Shown: positions 46,946 to 54,030 of the stretch, in pieces
Layout: each line of letters starts with the position of its first letter
Numbering within the stretch: the stretch's first letter is position 1
Assembly (NCBI GenBank): GCA_031390545.1
Contig: JANMTP010000047.1
Location: 8,930-72,929 of the forward strand
DNA length: 64,000 nt
From: Chthoniobacter sp.
GTDB taxonomy: Bacteria; Verrucomicrobiota; Verrucomicrobiia; Chthoniobacterales; Chthoniobacteraceae
Direction of reading: 5' to 3'
The notes under the pieces: model-generated
The model's database searches: none
What the model saw: the letters and a program-made list of their open reading frames with translations, nothing else
What the model was told of the DNA's origin: nothing
Translations under genes and position numbers: made by a program

Positions 46946-48943
46946 TCAGCGCCCCAAGTGGGCGGCGGAGGTGGAATTCACTTCTGCCAAAAGCCTTTCT
47001 TCCTCCGGCAGGAGCGGCTTTTCGCTGCCCTTCTCGAGATATGTCCGGGCCTTCTCCGCTTGCCCGCTCGCGGTCAAGGCGAGGCCGTAGTAATAAGCCA
47101 CCCGCGGATTTTTCAATTGCTCGGGCTTCAAGGCGGCGAAGACGGCGACCGCCTCCTTGGCCTTCTTGCGCTGCAGTAAGGACAGGGCGCTGGTCGCCGC
47201 GACCTCGGGATTGCCGGGGTTTTCGTCGAGGAGAGCATCCGCCAGGCGATGGGGAAAATCCGCGTCCTGCCCGGTGAGTAGTGAAAAGCGCACGAAATTG
47301 CTCCGGCAGGTGACATCCTCGGGCGAGGCGCGGCGGAGTAACCGGCTGAGTTGATAAAGTTGGGTGGTGTTGCGCTGCTTTTCGGCGTCCGCCCAAAGTT
47401 GGTCGATTACCCAGCGCGGGCATTGGGGAGTGCCCGTCAGCTTCCACATGACTTCCGATGCTTTTTCGGAGGCTTCCCACTTAAGGAGCATCCGCCCCAG
47501 CGTCTCGAGCATTTCGGGACGCCGCTGGGCGGCGGAAAGCGCTTTCTTCCATGCGGCGTCCGCGGCCGGGAGGTCAGCGCCTTGTTGCACGGCCCGCCAT
47601 TGAAAGGCCATTTCCAAGGTTTCGACGAGCGCTTTTTCCTCCGGGAGCATGGGGCCGGTAGCCCCGGCCGACAACGCCGGCGCGGCTTCCTCTGGCTGAC
47701 CCAGTGCCGCCAGAACCAGGCCATGGTACCGCGCTGGACGTGGCTGCTGTAACTGCTCCGGTTTGAGCTGCCGCAGGACCGCGAGCGCCGACTCGAGTTT
47801 GCCTTGGCGATAGAGCGAAAGACAGTGCGTGGCTGCGGCGTCGGGGTTCGCCGGGTTTTCGGCATGGAGGGCCTCGGCCAGTTGGTGCGGGGAGTCAGCG
47901 CTTTTTCCCGTAAGGAGGGCGACGGCAATGAAATTGTTCCGGGCAGCAAAGTCTTTGGGGTTGGCGGCGAGGACCAGTTTTGCCGCCTGATAGATCTCCG
48001 CCGAGTCGCCACTCTTTAAGGAAACGGCCCAAAGCGTAGGAATGGCCCAAGCGGGACACCGTCCTGCGGTCGCCAGCTTGTTCAGCACTACGCCCGCCTT
48101 GCTTTCCCAATTCCATGCGATGGCCACTCTGGCCAAAATCTCCAACCAATCCGGTCGTGTCCCCGCCGCCGCGATGGCCGCATCCCAGGCGCGGTCGCAT
48201 TCCACGCGCTTCCCGTCGCGGTCAAAGCGCTTCGCTTCAAAGGCGGGCATCAGAATTCGGCGGAGCGCTTCCATTTCTGGAAGCAGCGGGGTCTCGGCGG
48301 CAAGCTGGAGAGATTTTTCCGCTTCGTCCGGCCGACCGGCGACGGTGAGGAAAAGACCTTGGTAAAAGGCTAACCTGGGCTCCGCAAGTTTTTCGGGAGG
48401 AAGCTTGGAGAAGACGGTGACGGCTTCTTCCGGCCGGTTCTGGCGGAACAAGGAAAACGCGAAGGCTAACGCGCTGTCGGCGACCGCTGGGTTTTCTTTG
48501 TAGAGAGACTCTGCGAGGGGATGGACCGCCGCTTCATCCTGCTGGGTGATCAGTGCGAGGAAGATAAAATGGGTCCGCGCGACGACGCTTTTCGGATCCG
48601 CTTGAAGGAGCAGTTTGCTCGCGTTGTACAGACCCGGCGTATCGCCTTTCTTGAGCGCTGCACTCCAGAGAGCCTCGGCCGCCCATCGCGGATGATGGCC
48701 TTTGGCCACCAGCTTCTTTAAAGCGTCCTCGGTCTTCTCTTCCCAACCCCATGTGTTGATTTCGGTAATGAGTCGTTGCAGTGCTGCGGGATTCGCCTGC
48801 GCGGTTTCCAGCGCTCGATTCCATGCCGTTGCCGCACCGCCAGCATCGCCAAGACGTTCGCAGGCCCGGGAGAGGAAGGCGAGCGCAGGTAATCGAGTTT
48901 TTCCCAAGACACCCCTTCGAGGCTTTCCCGGAGTTTTGCCCAA
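46946..48943 (-). CDS. TPR-repeat protein, C-terminal portion (three tandem ~210-aa modules); probably continuous with ORF 48718-49944 across a frameshift
   Basis: The ORF begins only at a TTG. The module alignment (LPxxxAL...W..A...A...P..L ...) starts right at the T5 run at 48898-48902. Confidence 0.6.
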   Translation of the reverse strand: MGKTPGKPRRGVLGKTRLPALAFLSRACERLGDAGGAATAWNRALETAQANPAALQRLITEINTWGWEEKTEDALKKLVAKGHHPRWAAEALWSAALKKGDTPGLYNASKLLLQADPKSVVARTHFIFLALITQQDEAAVHPLAESLYKENPAVADSALAFAFSLFRQNRPEEAVTVFSKLPPEKLAEPRLAFYQGLFLTVAGRPDEAEKSLQLAAETPLLPEMEALRRILMPAFEAKRFDRDGKRVECDRAWDAAIAAAGTRPDWLEILARVAIAWNWESKAGVVLNKLATAGRCPAWAIPTLWAVSLKSGDSAEIYQAAKLVLAANPKDFAARNNFIAVALLTGKSADSPHQLAEALHAENPANPDAAATHCLSLYRQGKLESALAVLRQLKPEQLQQPRPARYHGLVLAALGQPEEAAPALSAGATGPMLPEEKALVETLEMAFQWRAVQQGADLPAADAAWKKALSAAQRRPEMLETLGRMLLKWEASEKASEVMWKLTGTPQCPRWVIDQLWADAEKQRNTTQLYQLSRLLRRASPEDVTCRSNFVRFSLLTGQDADFPHRLADALLDENPGNPEVAATSALSLLQRKKAKEAVAVFAALKPEQLKNPRVAYYYGLALTASGQAEKARTYLEKGSEKPLLPEEERLLAEVNSTSAAHLGR

Positions 48944-49944
48944 TTCGACGCTAGCGCATGCGATTCGGCGACGGCGACGCAGACCGGAGGCTTGGAAACC
49001 AAGTCAACGGGAAGCGAGGCTACCCATTCCGGAACTTGCAACGAAAGATGATGCGCGTTCATCCAGGCAACCACCTGCGCGATTCCTTCCGGTTCGGCCG
49101 CCGTTTCTTTCTGAAGCTCACCAAGGCGAAGATAGAAACTATTTTTGCTTACTCCGGCCGCGGTCAGCGCCGAAAGGCGGGTCAGCTTATCGCCAACGCT
49201 GGCCCCGGGAGATGCGGCCAGCGCGTTTGCGAACTCAATGGCGCGCTCCTTTTCGCCGCGGTCGAGGGAATCGCGCACCAGCGCGCGCAAAGCTGCGGAC
49301 GCAGTTGCGGGCTTTGTCTTCAACTGATCGAGCGTCGCGAGCGCCCCGGCTCGCAATTCCGGCGACTTGGCGGTTAAGCGCAGCTTCGCGAGCTTCAACT
49401 GGTAACTGTCATCCGCGGGAGCGAGCTTAGAAGCCTCCTCGGTGTGCGACTCGAAGTCCGCGGTGTTTCTCAGCGCTAAGGCGATGCCAGCTGCGATGTC
49501 GTGGTATCGAACTGTTACTTGATCCGCGGTGGGTACCTTTGAAAGCGCATCTGCCGCCGCCTTGATGTTGCCGGCTTTCAGGTTGGCCTCAATCAGACCC
49601 AGGCGGTTCTCGGCGTCATTGGGATCAATCGCCTCGATCTGACGCCGGAAATCCAGCGCCTGCGGCGAGCCCGTTGCGTCCGCCATTTTGGCCATGATAC
49701 GCAGCGCCTCCAGATCCTTGTTATTGGTCGCCAGAGCACCTCGCGCATTGAGGATGGCGGTGTCGTAGTCGCCCTTGGCGAAGGCAACTGCGGCCCGCTG
49801 GACTTTACGCTCGCCGGTCCATTGATAGTAGAACCGCTGCGCAGTCGGCATGGCGAGAAAGGCGGCACAAAGGGAGAGGCCAACCGCGATCCAAAGGAGC
49901 GGCTTTTGATACCAAAATGTAAGTTTATTTGCTGGTGGCTGCAT
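48718..49944 (-). CDS. TPR-repeat protein, N-terminal portion with TM anchor (PrsT-like position next to exosortase); reading frame probably shifts at ~48900
   Basis: ATG at 49944. TM LLWIAVGLSLCAAFLAM, followed by TPR-like repeats. The last ~60 codons overlap ORF 46946-48943 in another frame and look non-homologous. Confidence 0.6.
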   Translation of the reverse strand: MQPPANKLTFWYQKPLLWIAVGLSLCAAFLAMPTAQRFYYQWTGERKVQRAAVAFAKGDYDTAILNARGALATNNKDLEALRIMAKMADATGSPQALDFRRQIEAIDPNDAENRLGLIEANLKAGNIKAAADALSKVPTADQVTVRYHDIAAGIALALRNTADFESHTEEASKLAPADDSYQLKLAKLRLTAKSPELRAGALATLDQLKTKPATASAALRALVRDSLDRGEKERAIEFANALAASPGASVGDKLTRLSALTAAGVSKNSFYLRLGELQKETAAEPEGIAQVVAWMNAHHLSLQVPEWVASLPVDLVSKPPVCVAVAESHALASNWAKLRESLEGVSWEKLDYLRSPSSPGPANVLAMLAVRQRHGIERWKPRRRIPQHCNDSLPKSTHGVGKRRPRTL

Positions 49945-49974
49945 GGAAGCGAGGTGAATGGCTTTGAGGACGCG

Positions 49975-51561
49975 TTAAATGTCGGGAGTTCTTTCAGGAG
50001 GTGGAGCTGGGTCCCGACTCACAATAAGTGACGGCAAAATACGCGCAAAAGCAGCGTCGGCTTCTTGTGCGTCTTTGCAGCCTGAGACTGCAATCTCTGC
50101 GGCCTGCTGACCGATCCAGCGCTCACGCCAGAGCACGGATTGGAGGCTGGCGATTTGTTTCCAGGGAGAAAGTGCGCCGTGTTGCCGGCCCCTTTCGGAA
50201 CGACTCTGCCAGACCCCATGATAGACAAAGAGCAAGCTGTTGCCTTGCTTGAAGGTATAGGCATGAAAGGGAACGGAGAGTCCGCCGGCCGTGAAGTTCA
50301 GTTTGCCCCGGTCCTCTTGCAACTCGCGCCCCGTAGCCGGCAGGCAGATATCTGGGCGGTGCATCTGCGCCGCCACTCGAGAAAATGCCGGGCCAAAATT
50401 CCAATCAAAAAAATACATCAGCCACTTCTTTCCGTCGGGTTCCGACCATGCGGCACTGGTGACTTCATCGTAGCGCAACTGAGCAAGGGCGGTCGGTGCC
50501 ACCGGCAGAGATTTGCTACCTGCGGGAACTCTCACCCCCCACGGATTTTGCGGGGGGGGGGCGCTGTCGTAATACCAGCACTCGGTGACAATGACGGTAA
50601 AGCCGATCAAGGCCGCGAGTGTAGGCGCAAACCAACGCGGCAACGATTGGGCCGACGAGATGCCCATCGATTCCGGTGCCTGGAGCGCACTGCGATCAAG
50701 TCGGAGCGCGACGATCAGAATAACCGCTACAGTGACCAGGAGGATGGTCGTCCCGGCGGGGTCATGCCACCGATCGACCTCCGCGACTCCTTTCGAGGCC
50801 GCGCTCCAAGCGAGAAATCCGACACGAAGAATATTCGCAAGAAATGCAGTGGCCACGCTGGCGCCAATCAAGAGCAGTCGACGGAAAATGCCGAATCGGA
50901 ACAGCTCTCCGATGAAAATGGCGGACATCAATGAACCTTGGAGTGAGCGGATCCCGCTACACGCCTCATCCACCCCAACCACACCGCCTGCCACCTCAAG
51001 CAGGTTCCCATGCTGTAGAGCCGTCACTCCGAAAAGATCGAGTCCAGCCACGGCGGCGCTCGCCACCGTGCGCATGAGCGTCTGCATCAGGGGGCTCTCA
51101 ATTTGGTCCGGCCAGGGGACCGCCGTGAAGATGAGTGCCACTGGAAACAAAAAATACCTGACCCAGGGCCAGCCGCCGACAGCTCCAATAGCTCCGAGGA
51201 GGGTGAGGACAACTTGCGCCACGAACAGCCAATTGAAGAGTGACCAGTCAGGATTCGGTTGAAGGAAAAGCCATGATGGCAGCAGCAATGCAGAGCAAAT
51301 GCAGGACACCCAGAGGCCAATCCGGCTTGGGACTCCCGGTACAGGACGAGTTATCCATCGCTGATAACCAGCGTAGAGTGCGAGTCCCGGGACTAACCAA
51401 CCATACTGATATTGCGGGTTCAAACTCCAATGACCGGAGAGGCTCCAGCACGCCATTAAAAACAGGGAAATAAAAGGCACGAGTCGCCACGAGACGAGAG
51501 ATTGTGGAGCGACAATTGCCCTGTCGAAGGCCAATGCTGGAGAGGTAAGTGGAGTGCGCAA
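49975..51561 (-). CDS. Exosortase fused to an EpsI-like C-terminal domain
   Basis: Exosortase catalytic blocks DEACSGIRSLQ, FLANILRVGFL and DRWHDPAG. The C-terminal ~200 aa contain WLMYFFDW...QMHRPDICLPATGRE, typical of the EpsI family. The start is uncertain (TTG at 51561). Confidence 0.85.
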   Translation of the reverse strand: MRTPLTSPALAFDRAIVAPQSLVSWRLVPFISLFLMACWSLSGHWSLNPQYQYGWLVPGLALYAGYQRWITRPVPGVPSRIGLWVSCICSALLLPSWLFLQPNPDWSLFNWLFVAQVVLTLLGAIGAVGGWPWVRYFLFPVALIFTAVPWPDQIESPLMQTLMRTVASAAVAGLDLFGVTALQHGNLLEVAGGVVGVDEACSGIRSLQGSLMSAIFIGELFRFGIFRRLLLIGASVATAFLANILRVGFLAWSAASKGVAEVDRWHDPAGTTILLVTVAVILIVALRLDRSALQAPESMGISSAQSLPRWFAPTLAALIGFTVIVTECWYYDSAPPPQNPWGVRVPAGSKSLPVAPTALAQLRYDEVTSAAWSEPDGKKWLMYFFDWNFGPAFSRVAAQMHRPDICLPATGRELQEDRGKLNFTAGGLSVPFHAYTFKQGNSLLFVYHGVWQSRSERGRQHGALSPWKQIASLQSVLWRERWIGQQAAEIAVSGCKDAQEADAAFARILPSLIVSRDPAPPPERTPDI

Positions 51562-51682
51562 AGGAACGAATGAAACACGGTCACTGTTTTAAAATACCGT
51601 CTTTCACCGTCATTCCTGAATCTCAGACCCAATGCGTACGGGCAATGCGTTTAGCGTTACATTTGCGCAACAGCGGAGTGTC

Positions 51683-51986
51683 TGTCACATGCGTCAGGCG
51701 ACTCCATTCTCTAATATGGAGAAAAGTCACAAAATGGACGCTAGAACGTAACAACAAAAGCATTGTTGCTGTGATACAGAATCGAAAATCTCCCCGCGGT
51801 ATTGGGAATTTATGTGACAACCTATCGTCTCCGATCCCTTAGTTTTGTCTCAATCGAACTCGACTATAGCCACTATGCTTAATTGCTGTCGCTGAGTTAA
51901 GGCTAGCCGAAAGCTCACAGTGTAAGTCATGACACAATCTGCGTCAGTATTTCTTGAAACCATAATTTCCATGACTTTTGTGACAC
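51683..51986. promoter_or_regulatory. Cluster of TGTGACA/TGTCACA heptamers in the AT-richer divergent intergenic region
   Basis: TGTCACA 51683-51689, GTCACA 51726-51731, TGTGACA 51813-51819, TGACACA 51930-51936, TGTGACA(C) 51979-51986. Read directly from the sequence. Confidence 0.3.
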
Positions 51987-52110
51987 GAACGGCGCCGAAA
52001 TGTAACTATTTAGAAATTGCTGGGTGGCCGACTAATACCTACTCGTCGGTTTGAACAAGTTGCGAGGCGACATTTATATGAGTGCTGTTTCGCAACAACA
52101 GAACCACTAC

Positions 52111-53715
52111 ATGAAACTAAACAAACCAAGCCAACTGTGGAATATTGCATTCGCGATATCTGCCGTCTTATCGTTTGCTGTTGGCCTGCCTCAGGCCACA
52201 GCCATTAACACTACAGTCAAAAACCTTAATGATTCTGGCAGCAATAGTTTGCGGGCGGCAATCACCAGCGTTAACGCTTCAACTGATCCCTCAAATACCA
52301 TCAGTTTCCAGGCGGGCCTCAATGGGGTGATCAATTTAAACTCGGCGTTGCCGGAAATTGCCGCATCGGTTTCCGTCAATGGACCGAGTGCCGAGAAAAT
52401 TAAGATCGTCGGACGCAATGGAGGCGTCTTCAACGTCCTCGCCGGAGTAGTGGACATTTCCGGTTTGGCCCTGCAAGGCAAGGGGACTGATGCAGGCGCA
52501 GTAGTTCGCAACCAATTCGGCGTGTTAACCATTTCCGAGTGTGTCATCGAAGGAAAAAAACCAGGCAATCAAACCGGCTTGGACAATGAAATCGGCGGCA
52601 CGACTACGGTTGTTTCCAGTGCCATTGTTTGGAATGACAACCGCGGTTGCGGAACAAACGGTGGCGGCGTCCGCAATAGCGGAAGACTGACACTTATTAA
52701 TTCGACGTTGGCGGAAAATAGTGCTCGCCAAGGTGGAGCGATTCATAATTCGGCGGACGGATTTGTTTCGCTCATCAATTGCACGATTGCTGACAATAAA
52801 GCCTCCGAATCGGGTGGCGGCATCTACAATCTGAATACCGTGGAGCTTGGAAACACCATCGTCGCGCGTAATAAAAGGGGATCCTCCTCCAGCGACGTCA
52901 ACGGGATCTTCCAGAGCCAGGGTACAAACTTGATCGGAAACACGACAGGCGGCTCCGGTTTCGTCGGCAGCGACATCGTAAACATCGCCAATTCCGCACT
53001 CAAGTTTGCCGCAAATGTCGCTGACAATGGCGGGCCGACACCCACGCTGGCGATCTTAACGGGCAGTCCTGCGATCAATGCTGGAAATTCGACCATCGCA
53101 GTCGATCAAAACGAACAGCCACTCGACTTCGACCAGCGCGGTGCACCGTTCAATCGCTTCAGAGGCACTACTGTTGATATTGGAGCCTTTGAAACCGAAG
53201 CACCCGCTCCGCTTGAGAATGCCCGAGCCTACAAGCAACGGGCTTTAAAGACCATCTCGGATTGCCTTTGCCAGAATAATATTAGTTCCACCGACCAATT
53301 CTATCTGAAGTGGGCAGGTTGGAGAATCGCTTCCAGCTTAAGCCGTTGGCTCTGGCTGGACGGCAATCAGCTATCCAAATACGGCTTCTTTGTTTTCGAG
53401 CGCGAAAAGCAAGCGGTCTGGTATTTGTCTAAGATCACCAGTGGTCCTTGTCTCGCCGCTGCGCAAAGTGCTACGGCGGATCTCGTCACCGCAGACAATA
53501 TCATCGCCCTCACGGCGCTCAATGCCGCTATGGGTACGCCATGTGCCGATCTCAATCAAGCCAGCGCGAAATATGACGCTGGTGTCGCAGCCACCGATCC
53601 ATTTGCAGCCATAGAATTCTTCAAATGGTCATGGTACTATTCGCAAAAATGCCTTAATCGTCCCTGCGATTACGACGACGACGAAGAAGACTACGAATAT
53701 CACCACTCTAACTAA
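52111..53715 (+). CDS. Secreted right-handed beta-helix protein (choice-of-anchor-Q-like) with an unknown C-terminal domain
   Basis: Signal peptide. NLNDSGSNSLRAAITSVNAS...ISF...INLNSALPEI. Repeated GG(G)I.N.G.L.L.N.T...N blocks. DQRGAPFNRFRGTTVDIGAFE. Acidic Tyr-rich tail DYDDDEEDYEYHH. Confidence 0.65.
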   Translation: MKLNKPSQLWNIAFAISAVLSFAVGLPQATAINTTVKNLNDSGSNSLRAAITSVNASTDPSNTISFQAGLNGVINLNSALPEIAASVSVNGPSAEKIKIVGRNGGVFNVLAGVVDISGLALQGKGTDAGAVVRNQFGVLTISECVIEGKKPGNQTGLDNEIGGTTTVVSSAIVWNDNRGCGTNGGGVRNSGRLTLINSTLAENSARQGGAIHNSADGFVSLINCTIADNKASESGGGIYNLNTVELGNTIVARNKRGSSSSDVNGIFQSQGTNLIGNTTGGSGFVGSDIVNIANSALKFAANVADNGGPTPTLAILTGSPAINAGNSTIAVDQNEQPLDFDQRGAPFNRFRGTTVDIGAFETEAPAPLENARAYKQRALKTISDCLCQNNISSTDQFYLKWAGWRIASSLSRWLWLDGNQLSKYGFFVFEREKQAVWYLSKITSGPCLAAAQSATADLVTADNIIALTALNAAMGTPCADLNQASAKYDAGVAATDPFAAIEFFKWSWYYSQKCLNRPCDYDDDEEDYEYHHSN

Positions 53716-53742
53716 CGCAGCTTAGTAAACACAAGTCACTAT

Positions 53743-53770
53743 GGGGCGGCCGGAGCAATCTGGCCGCCCC
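53743..53770 (+). terminator. GC-rich hairpin downstream of the 52111-53715 gene (no clear U-tract)
   Basis: GGGGCGGCC (53743-53751) and GGCCGCCCC (53762-53770) form a perfect 9-bp stem with a 10-nt loop. Confidence 0.4.
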
Positions 53771-54030
53771 GTTCGCGTGATGGAACTGCTTTCAGCATTG
53801 CAAAAATAAAGGGAACTGTCCGAGGGGTCTGCAGAACATCTCCGCTACGTGGCCTTGTTGTCACAGAGGTGCCGCATGAATGTTACCAGTGGGATCTTGA
53901 TGCTACCCACCCGGGAAGCGAGGTTTCTCTCCCGCAATGAAGTTTCTACTCAACAGATGAATAGGTACAAATTGAAGCTTCGCACTTCACGACTGCTGGG
54001 TAAGGAAAACCTTGGCGGCACTCGCTGCTT

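Noticed and set aside
48895-48905. Possible programmed -1 ribosomal frameshift at the A5 run in the TPR gene.
   Set aside because: In the zero frame the sequence reads TGG GAA AAA CTC. This is not an X XXY YYZ slippery heptamer, and I see no obvious downstream stimulatory hairpin. A simple indel or sequencing error in the homopolymer is more parsimonious. It is kept as a finding only as a frameshift.
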